A DNA stretch of 64,000 nucleotides from IMG/VR virus record IMGVR_UViG_3300032330_001398; one strand, 5' to 3'. The stretch comes from a virus (Duplodnaviria > Caudoviricetes). The position numbers and the translations under genes were made by a program. The notes beneath the pieces are model-generated. The model did no database searches. It was not told the origin of the DNA and was given only the letters and a program-made list of their open reading frames with translations. Position 1 is the first letter of the stretch, and each line of letters begins with the position of its first letter. Shown piece by piece: positions 9,801-18,753 of the stretch.

Positions 9801-10876
9801 ATGTCTAATCCTCCCAAATCTGTATCCTCAAGATCATTAGTGCTGGCACCAATTTTATAAGATGTTATTTCATGCTCCTGTGGAGCAACTTGTACAGCTT
9901 CACTATTCATCCACGGGTCTGTCCATCCCGCTATTGGATTTTTACAACCTTTATCGTATGGTAAACCTATATTTTTTCTTCTGGTCATGCAAAGCCAATC
10001 TACATATTCAGCCATTACTTTTTCATTTAAACCAATAATAGATCCATCTTTGAATAAATATTCTGACCAAGCTTTTTCTTCATTTGCTGCTGATTCAAAC
10101 ATCTTTATAGCGTCCTCTTGACATTCTTCTGCTATTTTAACGAATCCTTCTTCTGGAACAGTATGTAAAATCTTTAGAATTTCTTGAGTATTATACAAAT
10201 GTAATGCCTCATCTCGTTTAATGAGTTTAATTATATCTGCATTACCAATCATTTTCTTATTTTCTGCAAAAGCAAATGCACATATAAATGATACATAAAA
10301 TCTTACAGCCTCAAGTATATTTACACTAACTAATGTCAAGTATATTTGTTTCTTGATATCTTTTGTGCTTCCAGATTTTTTTAATTCTCGCAAAGTATTG
10401 TATTCTTTTATGGCAACATTAGCTCTTTTTAGAATTTCTTTATCTGTTAAACAACTATCTAAAATATCGCTTGGGTTACTATACACATTTTTAATTATGT
10501 ATGTGTAACTATAGCTATGAATTTGTTCAAAAAACTGCCACACATTCATACATGCTTCTAATTCTGGATTAGAAACATATTCTTGCAGCGTTGGAACTCC
10601 TCGACAGATAACACTATCCATCATTGTTTGATATTTAAGGTTGGATGTAAAGATAAATCTCTCGTTGTCTGACATTATATTGTCATTCTTGAAATCATTT
10701 CTATCTTTTTTCAATTCGATTTCTTCTGGCCTCCAAAAAAATTCCATCTGCTTCTTGAATAAATCAAAAAATACTGGATATTTGAATTTGTCATATCTCT
10801 GCAAAGATAAATCTTCGCCAAGAAATAAAGGTTGAGATAGATAATCGATATTGTTTTTATTCAAAATTGTTTTCAT
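9797..10876 (-). CDS. nrdB: Ribonucleotide reductase class Ia beta subunit
   Basis: FFWRPEE, EQIHSYSY, LEAVRFYVSF, RDEALH, VAPQE.EI.SY. Confidence 0.96.
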   Translation of the reverse strand: MKTILNKNNIDYLSQPLFLGEDLSLQRYDKFKYPVFFDLFKKQMEFFWRPEEIELKKDRNDFKNDNIMSDNERFIFTSNLKYQTMMDSVICRGVPTLQEYVSNPELEACMNVWQFFEQIHSYSYTYIIKNVYSNPSDILDSCLTDKEILKRANVAIKEYNTLRELKKSGSTKDIKKQIYLTLVSVNILEAVRFYVSFICAFAFAENKKMIGNADIIKLIKRDEALHLYNTQEILKILHTVPEEGFVKIAEECQEDAIKMFESAANEEKAWSEYLFKDGSIIGLNEKVMAEYVDWLCMTRRKNIGLPYDKGCKNPIAGWTDPWMNSEAVQVAPQEHEITSYKIGASTNDLEDTDLGGLDI

Positions 10877-11481
10877 GTTGGTGCCCTGCGCATTACTGTG
10901 TCTGCCGCGTATTCACTAATTGAGTATCCTAATTTTGTTGCGGTATTTTTTACTTTAACATATCCTTCTTCTGGATATAGTCCATTATGTTCGAATTGAA
11001 TTATCTTTGGCAGTGGATATTTATTTAATTCACATTCATTCAAGTAATCTTCTAATATGACAATATCATGACCCTCTGTGTCTATTTTAAGCATATCCAA
11101 AGACTTAACTCTATATTCGTCAATTACGGTAGATAGTCTTACTGTTTTTACAGTGTCTTTTTTAACTATATCAGATATTGGTAGATTTCTTTCGTTAAGA
11201 ACTTTAATAACAAATTCGTGAGGTTTACCAACTGAACTTGATCCAATAAACCACCAAGGAAGATCATATTGATCAATAGTTTCTTGAGCAACATAATAAA
11301 TATCTATTGATCCCTGCTTATTAGATATTGCTACATTTAGTTTTTCAACGTTTAATCTATTTGGTAGTTGATCTAATAGATGCTTCAAAGGCTCAATTGA
11401 TATTCCATTAATTGTATCTGATGATTTCTCTATTAAGCTATCAAAATTTGCTGTTCCGATTTCAATAAAATTATAGTGCAT
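10873..11481 (-). CDS. FkbM-family methyltransferase
   Basis: FIEIG, SIEP, NVAIS, LKIDTEGHD, IQFEH. Confidence 0.85.
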   Translation of the reverse strand: MHYNFIEIGTANFDSLIEKSSDTINGISIEPLKHLLDQLPNRLNVEKLNVAISNKQGSIDIYYVAQETIDQYDLPWWFIGSSSVGKPHEFVIKVLNERNLPISDIVKKDTVKTVRLSTVIDEYRVKSLDMLKIDTEGHDIVILEDYLNECELNKYPLPKIIQFEHNGLYPEEGYVKVKNTATKLGYSISEYAADTVMRRAPT

Positions 11482-11487
11482 ATTTTC

Positions 11488-11895
11488 TTATTTATCCTTA
11501 AGTGGACCATTTACAACCCATGCGTCACACGTTCTGGTGCCAGCGCATTTAAAATCAAATAATTCGCAATAACCCAAATCTGCCAAATCGATAATTTCTT
11601 TAGCATCCTCCATCTCTGACGCTAACCCTTTTTGGATACAATTTATCATCTTTTCTTTAACTATGAATGCCGCACAATTGGAACACCTCATAGTTTTAAC
11701 TTGATCGATTGACGTTTTAAATTGATCCGCTTTCTTTTTCCAGTATTTTTTATCATCATTATTTGGATTAGCTGGACCATAGTTTGCAATATCAATAGCG
11801 CTTTGTCTATTTTTAAGATTAACTGTAATGTCCTGAGTTGCTGGTGGGCATTCTATTTTAGCATCAACTTTATAGATCAGATCAGATTTTTTCAT
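11488..11895 (-). CDS. Cys-rich hypothetical protein between nrdA and nrdB
   Basis: CSNCAAF...GYCELFDFKCAGTRTCDAW; likely start MKKSDL at 11895. Confidence 0.65.
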   Translation of the reverse strand: MKKSDLIYKVDAKIECPPATQDITVNLKNRQSAIDIANYGPANPNNDDKKYWKKKADQFKTSIDQVKTMRCSNCAAFIVKEKMINCIQKGLASEMEDAKEIIDLADLGYCELFDFKCAGTRTCDAWVVNGPLKDK

Positions 11896-11905
11896 ATTAC
11901 GTTCC

Positions 11906-14134
11906 TCATATTGAACAAGATCCAGATTCGCAACCGGAAGATTTTTCTGTCTGACCGTCGCCATCTGGGGTGTTACAGTAATAAAAATTCTTTACACCAT
12001 ATTTATACCCATAAATTTGATCTTTGATTAAAACGCTCAATGGTATATTACCCTCTGGAAAATGAGCATAATTATAGTACAAATTAACACTAATACTCAT
12101 ATCCACAAATTTTTGTAGAATAGCACAAATATTTAGTATTGCCTTGTTATTTTCCATTTCCCAAGCTAGTGTATAGTAATTTTTGCGAGATGAATAATTG
12201 GGCACCAACTGCTTTAAAACTCCATTCTTAGCCTTTTTGTAAGAAAGTAGGCTTCTGACAGGTTCAATGCCGTTTGTGCTGTTCTGGATGACGCTAGAGG
12301 ACTCACAGGGCATTATAGCGGTCAGTGTTGAGTGTCTTAGTCCATGCTGCTTGATTCTGCTCCTAAGACCCTCCCAATCCATAGTATACTCTGGCTTAAC
12401 CAGTTCGTCAACTGTTTTTTTGTACCAATCTAAAGGAAGTAATCCTCTAGAATATTTAGTTTCATTGAATTTATTGCAAGAACCAAGTTCCGCTGCCAAG
12501 CGGCATGATTCATTAAGTAAATTCCACTGAATCTTTTCCATTGTTGAGTGAATTAACGGCAGAGTATCTGGATCATCATACTTTAGCTTGTGCTTGGCTA
12601 AGAATCCAGCAAGATTGGTTATTCCTATACCTAGTGATCTACGATTTTTAGTAAAATTTTCTCCAGCAGCTACCGGATAATCTTGATAATCTATAACTGA
12701 CTCTAAGGTTCTCACGGCTATCCTGCAAGCACTAGCAATATCATTATCATTGTCCAATTCTGTCAGGTTTAACGCCGATAGAATACAAATACCTATTTCA
12801 CCCTCTTTATCGTCAATAGATTTAATTGGTTTGGTTGGATGAATAATTTCTTGACATAGATTACTCATATAAACTGGAATATCCCATGATCCATGCTCAT
12901 TAGCATTGTCTATGTTCATAACATAAATACGTCCAGTTTCAAGTCTTTCTTTTGTAAAGATTTCCGCTAACTTTCTAGCATTAATCTTTTTCTTCATCTT
13001 GATATGTCTAGAGTTCTCATATTTCTCATATAATTTCTTGAAATCTTCATTGTTATTCATAGAACTATAAAGACCACAGGTTTCTTCTGGACTAAATAGT
13101 GTGATATCCTCATTCTTAATTAGTCGTTCATAGAATAACTTATTGAACTGAACAGAATAATCTAACTTGCGTACTCTATTATCGTCGGTTCCAGCATTAT
13201 TCTTGAGGCATACAATATCTTCTATTTCATAGTGCCAAAAAGGAATATGAACCGTCGCTGAACCGCCCCTAATGCCATTTTGACTTGTGGCTTTTACAGT
13301 AGATTCGAAAATCTTAAGGTAGGGAATTAGTCCAGTATGTATAACTTCTCCACCGCGAATACTAGCATTTATTGGACGAATGCGACCGATATTTAAACCA
13401 ATACCAGCACGGCGGGCAGTATATTTGCCAACAGCATGAATGCTAGAAAAAATAGAATCTAAATCGTCTTCAACGTCAACTAGTACACAGCTAGCGAACT
13501 GTTTGATTTTAGTTCTAACGCCAGCCATAATTGGTGTGGGAAGATTGATTTTAAATGTTGAGAAGCATTCATAAGCATCCTTGACTTCATCAACAACATT
13601 GAATAGAGCCATTGCTATTGTGATGTATGCAAACTGTGGAGTTTCATACATCTCGCCAGTAGCTCTATTTTTGACGAGATACTTATCTATCATTTGCTGT
13701 AGACCAGCGTATGTGTAAAGATAATCTCTATCGTGATCAATGCAGGATTCTATTTCTTTAATATCTTCCTTTGACCACTTTTCAAATAATGCGGGATCAT
13801 AAATACCCTTCTCAATATTTGACTTTATATGTTTAGATAGCGATGGAGGACTATCATGCTTCTCCCACAAATCTTTCCGTAAAGACATATTCAATAGTCT
13901 AGAAGCGACATATTGATAATTGGGTTTTGATGGGGAAGTCAGGTCATTTGCTGACTTAACAAGAATTTGGTGGATTTCTTTGGTGGTAATGCCATCTCTT
14001 AATGAGAGCTTGGCATTCATCTCTATGTCTGACCAAGAAACATTATTGATATCCTTAATCGCCCACTCTACAACCTTATGAATCTTTTCTACTGTATACT
14101 TTTCAAAACTTCCATTTCTTTTCTGTACTTGCAT
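11906..14134 (-). CDS. nrdA: Ribonucleotide reductase class Ia alpha subunit with ATP cone
   Basis: VQKRNG ATP cone, QFASCVL, SNLCQEI, STNGIEP, FYY, C-terminal CESGSC. Confidence 0.97.
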   Translation of the reverse strand: MQVQKRNGSFEKYTVEKIHKVVEWAIKDINNVSWSDIEMNAKLSLRDGITTKEIHQILVKSANDLTSPSKPNYQYVASRLLNMSLRKDLWEKHDSPPSLSKHIKSNIEKGIYDPALFEKWSKEDIKEIESCIDHDRDYLYTYAGLQQMIDKYLVKNRATGEMYETPQFAYITIAMALFNVVDEVKDAYECFSTFKINLPTPIMAGVRTKIKQFASCVLVDVEDDLDSIFSSIHAVGKYTARRAGIGLNIGRIRPINASIRGGEVIHTGLIPYLKIFESTVKATSQNGIRGGSATVHIPFWHYEIEDIVCLKNNAGTDDNRVRKLDYSVQFNKLFYERLIKNEDITLFSPEETCGLYSSMNNNEDFKKLYEKYENSRHIKMKKKINARKLAEIFTKERLETGRIYVMNIDNANEHGSWDIPVYMSNLCQEIIHPTKPIKSIDDKEGEIGICILSALNLTELDNDNDIASACRIAVRTLESVIDYQDYPVAAGENFTKNRRSLGIGITNLAGFLAKHKLKYDDPDTLPLIHSTMEKIQWNLLNESCRLAAELGSCNKFNETKYSRGLLPLDWYKKTVDELVKPEYTMDWEGLRSRIKQHGLRHSTLTAIMPCESSSVIQNSTNGIEPVRSLLSYKKAKNGVLKQLVPNYSSRKNYYTLAWEMENNKAILNICAILQKFVDMSISVNLYYNYAHFPEGNIPLSVLIKDQIYGYKYGVKNFYYCNTPDGDGQTEKSSGCESGSCSI

Positions 14135-14161
14135 GTTATTCCTGTTTTAAATTAAGTCAAT

Positions 14162-14791
14162 CTAGCTGTTCCACCAATGATTCAAAATTTTTGTAACTAT
14201 CCAATTAATAATGATGGGTAAAAGAACATTTATTATCAGAATAGTTAGTATAACTGATCCACAAACAATTTCTTTGTCATTTTTTGCGTTTTCTAAGATA
14301 AAATCATAGCATTGTTTTCTAAGTTTTTTCTTTTCGCTTCGTGTTGCATTTTTAATGTCTCGTTCTGAACTGACTATTGTAGCCCATTCGCCACCATATT
14401 GCAAGCATCGTTTAGCGATTTTTCTTCTACTGTCATCTTGATATTCCAAGTTGATATCATTAGCAATACCGATTAAATATGAATCATCGTTTGATCCAAA
14501 TTTTAATGTTCCAGTATAGTCAAACTTTATATCTGGAAAATGTTTGATTTTTATTACGCCACCATCTTTTCCAAGCGTCATTCCTATAATATTTAGATTG
14601 AACTTGATAAATTTTTCAATAGTAGCTATTGGTAGATTATTGTTAAAGTTGATATCAACAGAGTCATTTTTATTGATTACCGAAACATCTATTGGAGATG
14701 GACATTGAACAGACATTGTTCCCATCTTATAGCCGGATGAAGAAAAAATGCTAATCAGAATATCTTTTATTTTACTTATATCGTAATTCAT
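14162..14791 (-). CDS. Hypothetical protein with C-terminal TM segment
   Basis: Hydrophobic C-terminus VILTILIINVLLPIIINWIV. Confidence 0.6.
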   Translation of the reverse strand: MNYDISKIKDILISIFSSSGYKMGTMSVQCPSPIDVSVINKNDSVDINFNNNLPIATIEKFIKFNLNIIGMTLGKDGGVIKIKHFPDIKFDYTGTLKFGSNDDSYLIGIANDINLEYQDDSRRKIAKRCLQYGGEWATIVSSERDIKNATRSEKKKLRKQCYDFILENAKNDKEIVCGSVILTILIINVLLPIIINWIVTKILNHWWNS

Positions 14792-14797
14792 ATTCTA

Positions 14798-15247
14798 TCA
14801 TTTCTGTATTAAAGACCAACATAGACCCATAAAGTAATCGCTTATTTTATTTTTTTCTTCTTGAGAAAGATCATGGTTATCATCAGATACCAAATCTGAT
14901 ATTAGTTTTGTTAAACCGTCGCCAAATCCATTGTATTTTCCAACTAATTCCTCTTTAAAAAATGTTTTTCCAGCTAAAGTATAAACGTCATTTACTTGTT
15001 GTAAATTTGTATTATAGTCCTTAACTCTTGTTGCGAATTCATAATTGAAAATTGCTATTTTTGTTCTGTCTTTTGGGTCGGTGACTAAAGATGCTAATCC
15101 TTTTACAGCTTGCATTACTTCTTCGCTTGGTTTTTCAACGTCCAATATTGCTACTGGTTCTGGAATTATTGGTATGTGAATATTTTTTAGATTTGGTTCA
15201 AACAAGCTGTAAGTTATTAAAAGTAAACCGATTAACATGCGTATCAT
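14798..15247 (-). CDS. Hypothetical membrane-anchored protein
   Basis: N-terminal hydrophobic helix. Confidence 0.6.
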   Translation of the reverse strand: MIRMLIGLLLITYSLFEPNLKNIHIPIIPEPVAILDVEKPSEEVMQAVKGLASLVTDPKDRTKIAIFNYEFATRVKDYNTNLQQVNDVYTLAGKTFFKEELVGKYNGFGDGLTKLISDLVSDDNHDLSQEEKNKISDYFMGLCWSLIQK

Positions 15248-15248
15248 T

Positions 15249-15554
15249 TTATACCTCTACTTTAACTGTTGTGTCTACTACAGTTGATTGAGATTTATCA
15301 TTTAATAGTGGGAAAACTTCATCTAATTTGTCTTTTGCTGATCCTAGCTTGCTATTAACACATTCATTTCTTAATTTATACCATAGATCTATAATTTGTA
15401 TGAATTTATCATTTCCTATTGGTTGTAATGATTTATTCTTTTTCATATTTAGTAATTTGCTAATAATATAGCTTGGATTAACATAGTATGATGCTACTAA
15501 AGCTACTCCAACTAATAATGCTAATACTCTAAGTGTTGTTTCAAGGTTGAACAT
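15249..15554 (-). CDS. Hypothetical membrane protein
   Basis: N-terminal TM VLALLVGVALVASYY. Confidence 0.6.
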   Translation of the reverse strand: MFNLETTLRVLALLVGVALVASYYVNPSYIISKLLNMKKNKSLQPIGNDKFIQIIDLWYKLRNECVNSKLGSAKDKLDEVFPLLNDKSQSTVVDTTVKVEV

Positions 15555-15562
15555 ATAAACTC

Positions 15563-15868
15563 CTATTTCGATGATTTACTGTGATATGGGCATGATGTTT
15601 TGTGTCCATCTCCTTGGACAATAATTCCTGTGCCTTTGCAGATACATTTTGCTGGATCTGGATTTGTGCCATCGTTAATATCCGGTTGAGGATTTGGATC
15701 AACAACATAAACTTTGGACTCTGCATCTTTGAATGAAAGTTCAGCCTGTTGTTTCCAATCATCTATATAGGATGAATACATATCTGTAATCTCTGTTTTT
15801 GGTAGAGATTGAGCTATGTTAGATGAACATCCTAATAAGACTAAAATTAATAATAAGGTATACCTCAT
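15563..15868 (-). CDS. Putative lipoprotein with Pro-rich linker and DnaJ-like Cys motif
   Basis: Lipobox LLGC; PNPQP; CICKGTG...CPYH. Confidence 0.62.
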   Translation of the reverse strand: MRYTLLLILVLLGCSSNIAQSLPKTEITDMYSSYIDDWKQQAELSFKDAESKVYVVDPNPQPDINDGTNPDPAKCICKGTGIIVQGDGHKTSCPYHSKSSK

Positions 15869-16083
15869 GGTGTACCTCCATCGATTCCATTGTAATAATT
15901 AATATTGTCAAATCTATCTGTATATTTAGTTTCTAGCTGATTATAAGTTGCTGAACCTTGAAAATCGCTTGGTAGCGATTCATATTCTCCGGTTCTATAA
16001 CAATAAACTACGCAAGAAGCGTTTTTGATAGTTTCATTACCAGAAACCACATTTGTTACTACGTCTGTTGTTGTAATTGCCAC
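15865..16083 (-). CDS. Hypothetical protein
   Basis: 72 aa, GTG start after AAGGAG RBS. Confidence 0.6.
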   Translation of the reverse strand: MAITTTDVVTNVVSGNETIKNASCVVYCYRTGEYESLPSDFQGSATYNQLETKYTDRFDNINYYNGIDGGTP

Positions 16084-16099
16084 TGTTAGCTCCTTTGTA

Positions 16100-16993
16100 T
16101 TATGGTGTTGCTGACCACCAGATTTTTAGATTGACGAATGCTGTTGAAGAGTCTGGATTAAAATATAATGTTTGACCCGCTGTTATAGCTTTGCTTCCAG
16201 ATGTAGAACCTACACATTGATATGTTGTACTTCCACCTGCGGCTGTGAGAATTTCAAAATAATCATTTCCACAATCTGATAGTGTTAAACTATTCCAACT
16301 CCATTTAATATATCCTGTTGTATTTACTACTCTTCCAGTGTTATATGTTGCAATAGTAGATGCTACGAATGGGCTGGCTAGCGTTCCGCTTCCAGTAAAT
16401 CCAACAGCATTCCATGCGGCATTAGCTGTTCCCCAAGGATTTGGAGCGGCTGTTGTGGTCGTGGTTGACGTTGTAGTTGGTGCTGATGTGGTAGTGGTGC
16501 TTGTTGTTGTGCTGGTCGTAGTTGTACTTGTAGTAGTAGTTGTGCTAGTCGTGGTAGTCGTGGTAGTAGTTGTGGTAGTTGTACTGGTGGTGGTAGTTGT
16601 GCTGGTAGTTGTGCTGGTAGTGGTAGTTGGCGCTAGCGTGGTTGATGTTGTAGTTGTGGTGGTGGTACTAGTTGTGCTAGTTGTGGTGCTAGTTGTGGTT
16701 GTGGTTGTGGTGCTGGTTGTGGTCGGCGTTGGCGTGGTTGTTGTGCTTGTGGTGGTTGTTGTGCTTGTGGTGGTTGTAGTGCTGGTGGTAGTTGTAGTAC
16801 TAGTTGTGGTTGTGCTGCTGGTTGTGCTAGTTGTAGTGCTAGTCGTACTTGTGGTACTAGTTGTAGCTGGGCCAGAAGTGGTTGTAACACCATTGGCTGT
16901 ATACGCTACAGAATTACCAATGTATATAGATGATACTTCAGTACCACCTACATACACTTTATTTATAGAGCTAGTGCCAACTTTTAAAGTCAT
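16100..16993 (-). CDS. Thr/Ser-rich (mucin-like) putative virion fibre protein
   Basis: LKVG.SI.KVYVG N-terminus, ~145-aa poly-Thr/Ser stalk, small C-terminal beta domain. Confidence 0.7.
   Translation of the reverse strand: MTLKVGTSSINKVYVGGTEVSSIYIGNSVAYTANGVTTTSGPATTSTTSTTSTTTSTTSSTTTTSTTTTTSTTTTTSTTTTTSTTTTPTPTTTSTTTTTTTSTTTSTTSTTTTTTTSTTLAPTTTTSTTTSTTTTTSTTTTTTTTTTTTSTTTTTSTTTTSTTTSTTTTSAPTTTSTTTTTAAPNPWGTANAAWNAVGFTGSGTLASPFVASTIATYNTGRVVNTTGYIKWSWNSLTLSDCGNDYFEILTAAGGSTTYQCVGSTSGSKAITAGQTLYFNPDSSTAFVNLKIWWSATP
16450..16885. repeat. Low-complexity ACN-codon tract encoding poly-Thr/Ser
   Basis: Plus strand reads gtN-triplet runs (gtt/gtg/gta). Confidence 0.9.
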
Positions 16994-16998
16994 CTATA

Positions 16999-17280
16999 TT
17001 ACTTTATTAGGTAAACTGTTTTGGGATCTTTGGTGGATAAATTATTGTAGTCAGTTTGACTCATAGTTACAATGTTATACACCCCAGAAGCATTAGTAAT
17101 CCCAACAGTATTACTTACCACAGTATTAGGTAAATTGGCCCAGCTTGTATATTCATCTCCAATTTTAATTACTTTTGTATCAGTAGCGAAAGATGGTTCA
17201 CCAGATGCTAAGATTGTATTCTTAGATATAAACTCTGATTCTGGACCCCTTCTTAGCTGTATATCGGTTTTCTTAGACAT
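16999..17280 (-). CDS. Mtd_N-like (major tropism determinant N-terminal) tail-fibre adaptor
   Basis: IQLRRG...LASGEP.FATDT...KIGD...W..LP; C-terminal MSQTDYNNLSTKDPKTVYLI. Confidence 0.75.
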   Translation of the reverse strand: MSKKTDIQLRRGPESEFISKNTILASGEPSFATDTKVIKIGDEYTSWANLPNTVVSNTVGITNASGVYNIVTMSQTDYNNLSTKDPKTVYLIK

Positions 17281-17293
17281 ATTTCACCTTATT

Positions 17294-18739
17294 TTATGGG
17301 ATACTTGTGTTAGTAGTTCCTATTCTCCAATATGTTTTATTATTCACTGTTATTTTATTTTGTAATTCTGCTGATGGATTTTCTGGATCTGAAATTTCTA
17401 TAGGTCTAGTTAAATATTGCCAATTATTTGGATTAGAATAGTTTATAATACCATTCCATTCTGATATGTTCAATTTTTCCATAATTCTATCTATTCTACA
17501 AGCATAAGCTATTGGAATACCGTCAAGTGTCGGATCTGTTGCTAGAAATATTATTCCTATTATTTTTTCTATATCATCTATAACTGCTGTTAAAACAGAT
17601 CCAGAATCGCCAGCAACGGCTGGATGGGAATATTCTTGCGTAGTACCGATATTAAGATTACCCTCAAGAAGAATAAGATCTGAATAATATACAGTTCTTG
17701 TTAAATTAATAGTTGTGGATGGAACAAGTTTTGATCCATATGGAATTTCTTGAGTTATACCAAGACTGGCCGTTACGCCTAGCTGTTTAATAACATAACA
17801 ATCTATTTGCGCTCCGCTAGTTCTTCCGCTCATACTTGTTGAAGAATAAGCATTGAAAGACTGTAGAAGCCTATCTAATTCGTATGTTGTTGCAAATGGT
17901 AAAAAATTATCCGTTAATAATCCTAAAACTCCACTAGAAACACTACTAATTGTGTTTCCTCCGCTATTTATGTGAACTAATGCAGCATCAACATAATTTT
18001 TTGGAATTTCTGAAACAACGAATTTATATCCATCTAATTGAAAATTATTTATGAAGTTAGTTTCTGAATATCTTTTTATTTTACCAATATTGTTTTGTTC
18101 ACGGTTGTTGTATAAATCAGTTATTGATTGAGATGTTCCATCAAAAGATTCTAATAAAGATGGTTGTATTACTATATCATCTGATGTATTGAAATTATAC
18201 AATTTTAATCTATTTTCCACAGATAAATAAGTTTCACAAACAACGTGGGCTGATGTTAATCCAACTATTGAGCCATCTTCATTGTCTACAACTAAACATC
18301 CTAAAGTTCCAACACTACTATATAGATTATTTGGCGTATTTGTTTGATTATTATTAACAGCACTTATTGATATTCCTCCAATTAGAGGTCTTTTTCTAGC
18401 TCTATGAGCTAGTTGATCTTCCGTAAGACCGGTAGAGCCATAACCAGGTTGACTTGCATTCCAATCAAAACAGGCTATTTTTTTTGCTTTATTTGGAGTT
18501 TCAATAACGTCAGAAGGAAAATTTTGATCATTTATCGTTATATTTAATGGAATAATTTCTTCTGGTAACAATTCTGATAATTGTTTTTTTTCTTTGACTC
18601 CAAAAATAACACTGATTTCATCTGTAACTTGTCCATTTTTAGTCTTATTGCCAATACCAATAGAGTATACTTCTGGATGACTTTCCATATAAAGTATAGA
18701 AAAATTTTCAAAATCTTCTTTATTTTCTGGTTGAATCAT
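17294..18739 (-). CDS. NAL1-like trypsin-fold serine protease
   Basis: GIG.K.KNG...KEKK.LSEL...IP N-domain; GTLGCLV, TSAHVV (His), VDAAL (Asp), GRTSG, GDSGS (Ser). Confidence 0.8.
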   Translation of the reverse strand: MIQPENKEDFENFSILYMESHPEVYSIGIGNKTKNGQVTDEISVIFGVKEKKQLSELLPEEIIPLNITINDQNFPSDVIETPNKAKKIACFDWNASQPGYGSTGLTEDQLAHRARKRPLIGGISISAVNNNQTNTPNNLYSSVGTLGCLVVDNEDGSIVGLTSAHVVCETYLSVENRLKLYNFNTSDDIVIQPSLLESFDGTSQSITDLYNNREQNNIGKIKRYSETNFINNFQLDGYKFVVSEIPKNYVDAALVHINSGGNTISSVSSGVLGLLTDNFLPFATTYELDRLLQSFNAYSSTSMSGRTSGAQIDCYVIKQLGVTASLGITQEIPYGSKLVPSTTINLTRTVYYSDLILLEGNLNIGTTQEYSHPAVAGDSGSVLTAVIDDIEKIIGIIFLATDPTLDGIPIAYACRIDRIMEKLNISEWNGIINYSNPNNWQYLTRPIEISDPENPSAELQNKITVNNKTYWRIGTTNTSIP

Positions 18740-18753
18740 ATATTACCTATTTA

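Noticed and set aside
2246-14134. Inteins or introns in dnaB, recA, nrdA or nrdB
   Set aside because: Normal lengths and uninterrupted motifs; no intein termini seen.
16338-17066. Plus-strand 242-aa poly-Val ORF (also 19922-20152)
   Set aside because: Antisense shadow of the poly-Thr tracts; no RBS or independent features.
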